DNA of 63,963 nt, the filler included, from Myxococcota bacterium (GTDB taxonomy: Bacteria > Myxococcota > Myxococcia > Myxococcales > Myxococcaceae): the NCBI GenBank assembly GCA_049322255.1. It is 8 parts of 8 records of this genome, joined end to end, with 100 filler letters (N's around TTAATTAATTAA, not from the genome) between each part and the next. Parts side by side here need not be neighbours in the genome. Positions count along the whole stretch, not along the records: positions 34,920 to 43,378 come from JBMORE010000143.1; positions 43,479 to 51,312 come from JBMORE010000147.1; 6 more parts are not named here. One strand, written 5' to 3'. Of the stretch, positions 38,428 through 46,858 are shown piece after piece. Position 1 is the stretch's first letter. Every line of letters begins with the position of its first letter. The notes under the pieces were generated by a model. The model did no database searches. It was not told the DNA's origin and saw nothing but the letters and a program-made list of their open reading frames with translations. The position numbers and the translations under genes were made by a program.

Positions 38428-38727
38428 AGAGGAGGGACGGCGGCCCACCGGCGAATCGGGCGGACAAAAACTGGCGCGACGCCCAAACGAGATCAGGATG
38501 CGCGCATGATGCGCGACTCCTCTTTGACCTCCACCTACACCTACTTCCTTCTCTCCGAGCACCGGCACGACCGGACGTCGCCCCCGCAAAGCGCCGTGGC
38601 TTCCAGCACCCGCTACTGTTGGTTGGCCGACGATGGGGGGCCCCGATTGCACGAACCGTTCAGCCTGATGGCTCGAGTGCTCACCAGCAAACGGCGGCGA
38701 AACCCGCGCCGGGGTTGAACAATTCGT

Positions 38728-39078
38728 TTAGACCTCCAGGGAGCTCAGCAACAAAGACAGCTCAGCCCGTCCGGCGCTCTTGGGCAGGTAATAGTGGGGC
38801 CCTCGGCGTAAGGGCCGCACCGACTGCGCCGGGGCCGAGGTGAGAAAAACCACCGGAGGGCTACCCGGAGGCAGATGCTCGAGTAGCTCCTCGCCGTTCA
38901 TCATCGGCATGTACAGGTCGAGGAGGAGCACGTCGAAGCGTTCGCGCGCCAATAGCCGTAGTGCTGCTTCGCCGCCGTCGGCTTCCTCCACCGCGTAGCC
39001 CAGCTCGCGCAGACACTCGCACAAGAAGGCGCGCCAATCGGGGTCGTCGTCCACCAAGAGAATGCGCCGTGGCTCCAC
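38728..39078 (-). CDS. Single-domain response regulator
   Basis: ILLVDDD, LLDLYMPMMNG, FLTS, YLPK. Confidence 0.9.
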   Translation of the reverse strand: MEPRRILLVDDDPDWRAFLCECLRELGYAVEEADGGEAALRLLARERFDVLLLDLYMPMMNGEELLEHLPPGSPPVVFLTSAPAQSVRPLRRGPHYYLPKSAGRAELSLLLSSLEV

Positions 39079-39125
39079 ATCGGCCCAACGCGCGGAGGTG
39101 GGTAGGGAATTCGGGACATCGGGAG

Positions 39126-39159
39126 CTCCTCGCCCTCGCCCTCTCGCACAGGGAGAGGG
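39126..39159 (-). repeat. REP-like palindrome (copy C) just after the ppk1 stop
   Basis: Minus strand CCCTCTCCC-TGT-GCGAGAGGG-CGAGGGCGAGGAG. Confidence 0.7.
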
Positions 39160-39160
39160 T

Positions 39161-41317
39161 TTAGCTGGCGGTCGCCGCGGTGGTGGGGCGCAAAGTCTCG
39201 GCGACGTCGGGGGCGGCGACGTGGCGGATGACCGGCTCTTTCGTCTTCGGCTCGCCCGCCCGCTTGGCCAGCTCCATGAGGACCGCTTGGCTGCGCACCT
39301 GGGCGCCGTTGGGTTGGATGGGGACGTACGTCCCATCGACCAAAAGCCGGCGAGCCTTGACGTTGTCTTTGAGACCCGTGCCGACGATTTCCTCGAGCAA
39401 GCGGACGCGCAGCGAAGGCTCCTCGACGGGGAACATCACCTCGATGCGGCGGTGAAAGTTGCGCGGCATCCAGTCGGCGCTGGAGAGGTAGACCTCGGTC
39501 TGATTGCCGGTGCCAAAGGCGAACACCCGGCTGTGCTCGAGAAAGCGGTCGACCACGCTGTGCACCCGAATGCGCTCGCTCACCCCGGAAACCCCGGGGC
39601 GCAGGCAGCAGATGCCGCGCACCAAGAGGTCGATCTCCACCCCCGCCTGGCTGGCGGCGTAGAGGGCGCGTATCACCGGGGCGTCCACCAGGGAGTTCAT
39701 CTTGGCGACGATGCGCGCCCCCTCGCCCTTTTTGGCCCGCTGCGCCTCGCGCTCGATGAGCTCGAGCACCCGCCCCTGCAGATTGACCGGGGCCACCGCC
39801 AGCCGCTTCCAGTTGGGGGCGCTGGAGTAGCCGGTGAGCATGTTGAAGAGCGCCGAGACGTCGTCGGCGATCTCCTGCCGCGAGGTGAACAAGGAGAGGT
39901 CGGTGTACTGGCGGGCGGTGAGCTGGTTGTAGTTGCCCGTTCCCAAGTGCACGTAGCGGCGAATGCCGTTGCCCTCGCGGCGCACCACCAGCGCCACCTT
40001 GCAGTGGGTCTTCAGCCCGATGAGGCCGTAGACCACGTGCACCCCGTTTTCCTCCATGCGGCGGGCCCAGGCGATGTTGTTGGCCTCGTCGAGGCGGGCC
40101 TTGAGCTCGACCAGCGCCGCCACCTGCTTGCCGTTCTCCGAGGCCCGCATCAGGGCGCGGCCGATCGGGCTGTCGCCGCTGGTGCGGTAGAGGGTGACCT
40201 TGATCGCCAGCACGTTGGGGTCGTCGGCCGCCTCGTCGATGAAACGGGTGACCGGGTCGAAGGACTCGTAGGGATGGTGGAGGAGAAGGTCGCGGCTGCC
40301 GACGATGGGCAGGAGCGTCTCCGCGTCCTTGAGCGGAATGGGCACCGCGGGGATGTAGGGCTCGACCCGCAGCTCCGGGCGGGGGTCTTGCTCGGCGAGC
40401 GCCGTCAGGTCGGACAGCTGCAGCGGCCCGGGGACCTTGTAGACGTCGTTGGCGTTGAGCTTGAGCGCGGCTGGCAGCTGCGACTCCAGGGCGCTGGAGG
40501 CGTTGACGTCGATCTCCAGGCGCACCGCGGCGCCTCGATCGCGACGGCGCAGCTCCTCCTGAATGGTGGACAGGAGGTCTTCGGAGTCCTCCTCGTCGAA
40601 GTCCAAGTCCCAGTTGCGGGTGACGCGGAAGGCGGTGGTCTCGGTGACCGCATACCCGGGGAAGAGGTCGCCGGCGAACATGGCGATCAGCTCTTCCAGG
40701 AGGAGAAACGCCTGCCCTTGCGTCGACGGCAGGGAGACCAAACGCGAAAGCACCCCTGGCACCTGCACCACCGCCAGCGAGTTCTCCACCAAGTCGCGGC
40801 GGCGTCGCTTTCCTTCCTTGCGCAGCATCACCGCCACGTTGAGCGATTTGTTCCTCAAGTGGGGGAAAGGGTGGCCCGGGTCGACCGCCAACGGGGTGAG
40901 CGCGGGAAAGACCGAGCTTTGAAAGTGCGCCTTGGCCGCGCCTTTTTGCTCGCTGGAGAGCTCGTTGCGCGCGAGCACGAACATGCCGCTGGCGGAAAGC
41001 TGCGGCAGAAGCTCCTTTTGCCACAGCCGGTACATCTCCCCGACCATGCCGCGGGCGCGCTCCCGAATCGCGGCCAGCTGCTCGGAGGGCAGCATGCCGT
41101 CCGCGGCCGTCTCCGCCACCCCGCCGAGCAGCTGCTGCTTCAGGCCCGCCACCCGCACCATGAAGAACTCGTCGAGGTTCGACGAGGTGATGCCGAGGAA
41201 CTTGATGCGCTCGTAGAGCGGCAGGGAGGCGTTGAGCGCCTCGGCGAGCACCCGCTCGTTGAACGCCAGCCAGGAGAGCTCGCGGTTGATGAACAAGTTT
41301 CGATCTTGGAATTCCAT
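39161..41317 (-). CDS. ppk1: Polyphosphate kinase 1
   Basis: INRELSWLAFNERVL, SNLDEFFMVRVAGL, HHPYESF, ELKARLDE, KTHCK, HLGTGNYN, DRFLEHSR, SADWMPRN. Confidence 0.98.
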   Translation of the reverse strand: MEFQDRNLFINRELSWLAFNERVLAEALNASLPLYERIKFLGITSSNLDEFFMVRVAGLKQQLLGGVAETAADGMLPSEQLAAIRERARGMVGEMYRLWQKELLPQLSASGMFVLARNELSSEQKGAAKAHFQSSVFPALTPLAVDPGHPFPHLRNKSLNVAVMLRKEGKRRRRDLVENSLAVVQVPGVLSRLVSLPSTQGQAFLLLEELIAMFAGDLFPGYAVTETTAFRVTRNWDLDFDEEDSEDLLSTIQEELRRRDRGAAVRLEIDVNASSALESQLPAALKLNANDVYKVPGPLQLSDLTALAEQDPRPELRVEPYIPAVPIPLKDAETLLPIVGSRDLLLHHPYESFDPVTRFIDEAADDPNVLAIKVTLYRTSGDSPIGRALMRASENGKQVAALVELKARLDEANNIAWARRMEENGVHVVYGLIGLKTHCKVALVVRREGNGIRRYVHLGTGNYNQLTARQYTDLSLFTSRQEIADDVSALFNMLTGYSSAPNWKRLAVAPVNLQGRVLELIEREAQRAKKGEGARIVAKMNSLVDAPVIRALYAASQAGVEIDLLVRGICCLRPGVSGVSERIRVHSVVDRFLEHSRVFAFGTGNQTEVYLSSADWMPRNFHRRIEVMFPVEEPSLRVRLLEEIVGTGLKDNVKARRLLVDGTYVPIQPNGAQVRSQAVLMELAKRAGEPKTKEPVIRHVAAPDVAETLRPTTAATAS

Positions 41318-41353
41318 ACGCCCCGGTCTTTCAACGCTACTCTTACGCTAGAC

Positions 41354-42886
41354 ATGCCCCGCACCCCAAACGGCCGAGCAGCCGAGCAGCGTGAGACGTT
41401 CGGCGACGTCTTGGCGGCCATCGACGTCGGCACCAACGCCGTGCGCCTCGAGCTCGCCCGGGTGCTGCCCGACGGCACCCTGGAAACCTTGCACCAGGAG
41501 CGTGACCCCGTTCGCCCCGGCGAGGGTCTGTTCACCACCGGGCTCATCAAGAAGGAAGTCGCCGACCGGCTGTTGTCCACCTTGAGGCGCTACGGGGCGC
41601 TCTGCCGCCGCTACCAGGCGCGGGTGCGGGCGGTGGCCACCAGCGCGGTGCGCGAGGCGAAGAACCGTGAGGAGCTCGTCCGCCGGGTGCGCAAGGAGGC
41701 GCGGCTCAACCTCGAGGTCATCTCGGGGAAAGAGGAGGCGCGGCTCATCTGCTTGGGGGTGTTGCGGGGCAAGCCGCCGCTGGCGCGCTCTTTGTGCGTG
41801 GACATCGGCGGCGGCTCGACCGAGGTGGCGTTTGCCTACGGGGAAACGGCGAAGGAGCTGTGGAGCGTCGAGCTGGGGGCAGTGCGGCTCACCGAGCTGT
41901 TCAAAGCCGCCGGTTCCGTCTCCAAGAAGACGCTCAAGCTGATGCGGGGCTACGCGCGGGAGGCGATCGCCGATTCGCTTCCCGCGCGAATCCCCAGGGC
42001 GCCTTCGACTGCGCTGGGTAGCAGCGGCACCATCAGCGCGGTAGTGAGCTTCGCCGCCGCCGAAGGCACCGGGCACGCGACCGCGCGCCAAATCTCCAAG
42101 GCGGTGGAGGCGCTCGCCCAGATGCCGCCGGAGAAGCGGCGCAAGCGCTTCGACCCGCGCCGCGCCGACATCGTCACCGCGGGGGCGGTGATTCTGGAGG
42201 CGGTGATGGAGCACTTGGGGCTCGAGGCGGTGACCAAGGTGGATCGCGGCCTGCGCGAGGGGTTGCTCGTCGACCTTTTGCGCAAGCGCGCCCCCAACCT
42301 CGACGACCCTTCGCTCGGTGACGCGGCCAAGGCGTTGGGGCGGCGCTTCGACTTCGACGAGCGCCACGCCGAGCAGGTCTGCCGCATCGCGCTCGAGCTC
42401 TTCGACGACCTGGCGAGCCTGCACCACCTCCCGGCGGCGGTCAGGCCCTACCTCGAGGTGGCGTCGCTGCTCCACGACATCGGCAACGCGGTGAGCTACC
42501 AGCGCCACCACAAGCACACCTACTACCTGATTCAGAACGCCGACATCCCCGGGCTGGCCGATCGCGAGCGCGAGCTGGTGGGCCGCATCGCGCGCTACCA
42601 CCGGCGCAGCGTGCCCGCGCTCGACCACCCGGGGATGGACGGCCTCACCTCCTCCGAGGCGAGGTGGGTGCGCAAGTGCGCTACCCTTCTGCGAGTGGCC
42701 GACTCCCTCGATCGCAGCCACCACCAGCCGGTGCGACACGTGAGCGCGCAGGTGAAGGGGAGCGCGGTGGTGGTGCGGCTTTCCTCCAGGGTGCCTCTCG
42801 ACCTCGAGCTGTGGGACGCGGAGCACGAGGCGGCGCTCTTTCGCGAGGTGTTCGGCCGCCGCTTGACCTTCGGGGTCGAGCGGTAG
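41354..42886 (+). CDS. ppx: Ppx/GppA exopolyphosphatase with HD domain
   Basis: AAIDVGTNAVRL, ATSAVREA, ISGKEEA, DIGGGSTE, GLREG, LLHDIG, RYHRR. Confidence 0.95.
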   Translation: MPRTPNGRAAEQRETFGDVLAAIDVGTNAVRLELARVLPDGTLETLHQERDPVRPGEGLFTTGLIKKEVADRLLSTLRRYGALCRRYQARVRAVATSAVREAKNREELVRRVRKEARLNLEVISGKEEARLICLGVLRGKPPLARSLCVDIGGGSTEVAFAYGETAKELWSVELGAVRLTELFKAAGSVSKKTLKLMRGYAREAIADSLPARIPRAPSTALGSSGTISAVVSFAAAEGTGHATARQISKAVEALAQMPPEKRRKRFDPRRADIVTAGAVILEAVMEHLGLEAVTKVDRGLREGLLVDLLRKRAPNLDDPSLGDAAKALGRRFDFDERHAEQVCRIALELFDDLASLHHLPAAVRPYLEVASLLHDIGNAVSYQRHHKHTYYLIQNADIPGLADRERELVGRIARYHRRSVPALDHPGMDGLTSSEARWVRKCATLLRVADSLDRSHHQPVRHVSAQVKGSAVVVRLSSRVPLDLELWDAEHEAALFREVFGRRLTFGVER

Positions 42887-43019
42887 GACGGACGAAGCGC
42901 GCGCGAGGGCTCTCCGCCGCCAGGGCAGAGGTCAACGGGAACCCAGGTGGCTCGTGGCAGGCGGTTTCTTACATTGATGCGGGGTATTTGCTTCCTTCAC
43001 AATTCTCTTCGGCCTTGAG

Positions 43020-43378
43020 AGAGGCCGGGAAGGGGCACCGGTGGATACCCGAGCGCGTGTTCGGCATGCGCCTGCTGCTACGAAGTGAGAATCTAGAGGT
43101 CGTGAAGACGGGCGTCTTCATCGCCTCGGAGCTCGGCCGCGGCGCCAAGCCGTTAATCGATGAGTTTCCTCGGCTCCTTGGTCACGATGAGTTCCGCATC
43201 AGGTACGACGTTCTTGATTGCATCCTTGTCTGCGCGACCGAACAGCACGGGGAGCTTCTCGCTGGAGCGGTAAATCTCGTTCATGATCCAGAACGAGCTG
43301 TACGCAAGAAGGCGTTGGTGTTCCTCAGCAGAGCGAGTGAGGCGCAGCTTCGCGCCGCCCTCCCATTCATAGACACGC
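43020..43378 (+). CDS. HEAT-repeat-like protein fragment (start unclear, 3' truncated)
   Basis: LLLRSENLEVVKTGVFIASELG..LLGHDEFRIRYDV..VHDPERAVRKKA; lower GC than the flanks. Confidence 0.45.
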
Positions 43379-43478
43379 NNNNNNNNNNNNNNNNNNNNNN
43401 NNNNNNNNNNNNNNNNNNNNNNTTAATTAATTAANNNNNNNNNNNNNNNNNNNNNNNNNNNNNNNNNNNNNNNNNNNN
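43379..43478. other. Artificial contig linker
   Basis: N/TTAATTAATTAA spacer. Confidence 0.99.
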
Positions 43479-43915
43479 GGCACGGCGAGCGCTTCGGCCG
43501 CCTGGGGCACGCTGCAGCCGTCGATGTCGTGCAAGATGAAGATGGCTTTGCGGTCCGGATGCAGCGGCTCGAGCGCGCGGAGCACCAGCTCCCTCGCTTG
43601 TCGTGCCGCGACCGCTTCGTCTGGAGCGCTCCCTGGGTCTTCGAGCTCGGGAAGCTCACCCGGCACTTCCCGCTCGTGCCGCACTTGGTTGCGAAACCCC
43701 GAGGCCACCCGAAAGGCGATGCCGAAGAGCCACGGGCGCAACGGCCGCGCGCGGTCGTAGGCGTCGAACTTCTGGAAGGCGGTGACGAACACCTCCTGGG
43801 TGAGGTCGTCGGCGTCCTTCGGGGGAACGCCCAGCCGCCGGAGCGAATGGTGGACATAGGAGAGCTCCTGCTCGTAGACGGCGTGGAAGGCATGCGGCGG
43901 CGGTTCGGCAGACAT
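43479..43915 (-). CDS. ECF RNA polymerase sigma factor (3' truncated)
   Basis: LRRLGV..DADDLTQEVF, LRPWLFGIA, FILHDIDG.SVPQAAEAL. Confidence 0.92.
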
Positions 43916-43962
43916 GGGCTTCAAGTCGAATTGCGCTCAGCAGGCCAAATCCGTTTCCAAAA

Positions 43963-44913
43963 TCAGAAACGGAAGAAACCTCCGAGCCCCGCGGCACCGG
44001 CGAAGGTAGGCGTGCTCCACACGGCGTCATTCCCCACCCGCACGCTGATGCGCGCCAGCGGCGCGAGGGCTTCGACGTAGGCCCGCAGGGCGAAGGAGGA
44101 GTGAAGGGACAGCTCGGCGCCCGCGCGCGCTCCCAGGGCGGCATAGAAGGTGCTGACCGCCCGCGCCTCGTCCAGCCCGTCGCCGGCGACAGTGAGCGCT
44201 CCGGCGGAAGCCTTGGCGCAACCGAAGAAGGCTCGGTGGTGAAGACAGGGGACCACCGAGGCGAGCAAGCGGGAGGAGACAACGCGGCCGATGGACGCAG
44301 GCGAGCTGGTGGGAAAGCCAGCTCCCGCCTCCAGCCCGAGCGAGGCGATGCGCCAGCGGTAGCGCGCGTCGATGGAAAGGCCCGGGCTCAAGGCGGGCGC
44401 GTCTCCGGCGGAAACCCAGGCGCTCAGCCCGAGGTCGATCCCACGAGGGGGCGGAGGAGCTGGTTCCGCCTGGACCACCGGCGGAGGTGGCGCAGGAGGA
44501 GGCGGCACAGGGACGGGAGGCGCGACGCGCATGGCCGCCACCGGGTCGATGGCGACGCTGATGGCGAGCTCCATCGCCGAGGCAAGCTCGCGGCAGTCGT
44601 TGACCGGCGAGGCGATGTCACGCTTCCCCAAGGTGCGCCCGGCCCGGTCGGAGAGAGACACCCGCGCCAAGAGCCCAGGTGAAGCGCGCTCGACCACGGC
44701 TTGGACCAAAAGCTCGGCGTCGTCGTGAAAGGCTTCTCGGCCAAGCCGAGCGGAGACAGCCCTGCGCACCGAATCCTCATCGGGGCAGCCCTCCGCGCCC
44801 GGGTGGCGGACATAAGAGAAGCGCGCCGTTCGGGCAGTCTGGGCGTACGCCTTCAGCGCCCCCGTCAGACAGAGGCCGGCGAAAAGAAAAAAGGCGGATC
44901 GGAGCGAGCTCAC
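43963..44913 (-). CDS. Exported protein with C-terminal beta-barrel-like domain, co-oriented upstream of the ECF sigma gene
   Basis: Signal peptide, GCPD...RLG...C.EL N-domain, Pro linker, Gly-rich amphipathic strands, terminal Phe. Confidence 0.75.
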   Translation of the reverse strand: MSSLRSAFFLFAGLCLTGALKAYAQTARTARFSYVRHPGAEGCPDEDSVRRAVSARLGREAFHDDAELLVQAVVERASPGLLARVSLSDRAGRTLGKRDIASPVNDCRELASAMELAISVAIDPVAAMRVAPPVPVPPPPAPPPPVVQAEPAPPPPRGIDLGLSAWVSAGDAPALSPGLSIDARYRWRIASLGLEAGAGFPTSSPASIGRVVSSRLLASVVPCLHHRAFFGCAKASAGALTVAGDGLDEARAVSTFYAALGARAGAELSLHSSFALRAYVEALAPLARISVRVGNDAVWSTPTFAGAAGLGGFFRF

Positions 44914-44938
44914 CCCAAGCAGCCTACGCGGCCGGTAA

Positions 44939-45403
44939 GAATCCGAAACGGGTTTTCGGGGCTGGGCGCAATTGACGAGGCGAAGCCCTGCCACCTATGC
45001 GGAGTGCACCATGCGTCGTCTCCTTCCTTCCCTTGGCCTTTTTCTCATCACCTTGGCCGGCTGCCAGTGCGGCAACGTCCGCATCGGCACCGTCCGCCCG
45101 CACATTGAAGCCGACCCCGCCTCGTTGGACTTTGGCTCCACCGCGGTGGGCTTTCCGGTGGAGAAAAGCGTCGCCCTCCTCAACCAGAGCCACGCTGTCC
45201 TTCACCTCGAGGAGGTGAGCCTCATCGGCGAGGCGGCCCAGGCTTTCACGACAAGCCTTCCGGAAGTCGTCGATGTCGAAGCGGGCGCCAGCGTCAGCGT
45301 GCGCGTCGTCTATTCCCCGGGAGCCGAGGGAAACCACTCCGCGCGGCTTTTGGTGCGCAGCGACGCGGCCAATGCGCCCGAGTTGTTGGTGCCGCTGGCG
45401 GGG
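44939..45403 (+). repeat. Copy 1 of a triplicated segment (leader plus Ig-domain coding region); other copies start near 46787 and 50195
   Basis: GAA(T/C)CCGAAACGGGTTTTCGGGGCTGGGCGCAATTGAC...CCCTGCCACCTATGCGGAG..CACCATGCGTCGTCTCCTT is present three times and followed by near-identical coding DNA. Confidence 0.95.
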
Positions 45404-45684
45404 GAGATCACTCTTGCGCGATCACCACCACTGGCGGAGTCAAGTGCTGGGGCCACAACTCCTACGGTCAGGTGGGCGACGGCACTACGACCATCCGCCT
45501 CGTTCCGACGGACGTCTCCGGGCTTTCCTTCGGCGTCGCTGAAATCGCTGGAGGGTCGACCCACTCCTGCGCGCGTACCACCGCTGGTGGTCTCAAGTGC
45601 TGGGGTGACAATGGCTCCGGCCAGGTGGGCGATAGCACGACAATCACCCGTCTCACTCCGACCAACGTCGTCTCCTTCCCCTGA
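45011..45684 (+). pseudogene. Internally deleted, frameshifted RCC1-repeat lipoprotein (copy 1)
   Basis: N-terminus matches copy 2 up to LVPLAG, then jumps out of frame at about 45400 into the last two RCC1 repeats, ending NVVSFP*. Confidence 0.85.
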
Positions 45685-45699
45685 AGCGGATGTGCACCG

Positions 45700-46254
45700 T
45701 CAGTCATGCATAGCGTCGGCTTCGAGCATTGCCTCGACTCGGGCCCGGCTCGCCGGAAAAACCTCCGTGTAGATTTTCGGCACGACGGCCTCGTCCATGG
45801 CTGTCCGCACCGCCTCCGACGACAGGCGCTCATGCTTGATGAGGTGGCGCACGTCCTCCAAGTCGAGGGCATCGGCGCGGGCCAGCTTGCTCACGATGAG
45901 ATCGAGCGGGCCGAGCGAGGTGACTCTGAGGTGGCGGAAGTCGAGCCCCGGCACCGGGCGGCAATTCGTCCGCCAGGTGGGAGTGAGAATTTGCTGCTCG
46001 GGTCCCCAAATGTGAGACACGTACAGCCCGCGCGGCGCCAGCTCTGCATTCGCGGCTTCGAGCGCCTCGGAGAAGCCGCTCTGCTCGATGAGCAGCTCGC
46101 ATTCGCGATCGTCCTCGAGCAGGTCTGCGTCTTCCGTTGTACGGTCCATGCCGTACGCCAAGATGAGCGCCGCGCCGCCCATGAGGCGAATCTGCGCCGG
46201 GCCGCGCAGGTGTCGGTCCAGCGTGCGGAGAATCAGCTCCGGCGCGCTCGCCAC
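45700..46254 (-). CDS. Nucleotidyltransferase-superfamily protein (DUF6036/AbiEii-like)
   Basis: LMGGAAL...RTTEDAD, DLIVSKLAR...DLED. Confidence 0.8.
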   Translation of the reverse strand: MASAPELILRTLDRHLRGPAQIRLMGGAALILAYGMDRTTEDADLLEDDRECELLIEQSGFSEALEAANAELAPRGLYVSHIWGPEQQILTPTWRTNCRPVPGLDFRHLRVTSLGPLDLIVSKLARADALDLEDVRHLIKHERLSSEAVRTAMDEAVVPKIYTEVFPASRARVEAMLEADAMHD

Positions 46255-46742
46255 AGCTGCTCCCGTGTCGCAGGTCGACGGATGAGACGGCTCGCATCGT
46301 AGTCGTACTGAATCGGCCTGTACCCGCGCGGCGGCGAGGCGAATAGGGCGCGAAGCTTTTCGATGCTTGGATTTCGCTCCTCAGGCGGAATGCGGGTCAA
46401 AAGCCAGTGGAGCATCGGCTCGGCTCGTTCTCTCTTCGCGAGCAGCCGCAGTCGGTCGGTGTCGAGTTGGCCCGATTGGAGCAGGCGGACGATGAGCTTC
46501 AGGGCTCGCCCCTCCATGGGCGCGTGAGGAGAGAGCAGCCCAATGACAATTTCCTCGAGAGCAAGCGCCGGGTCGATGGAAGCGCCGGTCGGAAGGACCG
46601 CCGCTCCGAAGAAACCGCGCAAGTTCGCTTGCTCGATGAGCCATGCATCCACCGGTCGTTTCTGTGCACGGCGGGTGAGCCCCTGGTACCAGAAGGAACG
46701 AGGAGCCAGCTGGCGAGAAGCCTGTGCGATGGTGGAAGGCAC
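46233..46742 (-). CDS. Hypothetical protein, upstream partner of the nucleotidyltransferase (putative antitoxin)
   Basis: 169-aa ORF overlapping the NTase start by 22 nt; no recognised motif. Confidence 0.65.
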   Translation of the reverse strand: MPSTIAQASRQLAPRSFWYQGLTRRAQKRPVDAWLIEQANLRGFFGAAVLPTGASIDPALALEEIVIGLLSPHAPMEGRALKLIVRLLQSGQLDTDRLRLLAKRERAEPMLHWLLTRIPPEERNPSIEKLRALFASPPRGYRPIQYDYDASRLIRRPATREQLWRARRS

Positions 46743-46858
46743 GAGCGAAGTATAAGCGCCGGCATCCCAAAACGTCCTGGCACGACGAATCCGAAACGGG
46801 TTTTCGGGGCTGGGCGCAATTGACTGGGCAAGACCCTGCCACCTATGCGGAGCACACC

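Noticed and set aside
38506..38718. 70-aa ORF between the TPR gene and the response regulator
   Set aside because: No motif and a weak RBS; cannot be supported, though a small protein is not excluded.
39062..41353. N-terminal 764 aa of the 1274-aa ORF, and similar long antisense ORFs (e.g. 3217-4911, 6105-7961, 15336-17189, 53322-55271)
   Set aside because: Shadow frames opposite real genes in high-GC DNA; the real ppx starts near 41354.
45400..45684. Short RCC1 segment as a DGR template repeat for copy 2
   Set aside because: Differences from the copy 2 C-terminus are not confined to adenines, and no reverse transcriptase is present in the window.
46777..46795. TGGCACG as a sigma54 promoter (also near 50186)
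   Set aside because: The -12 position reads CC instead of GC in both copies.
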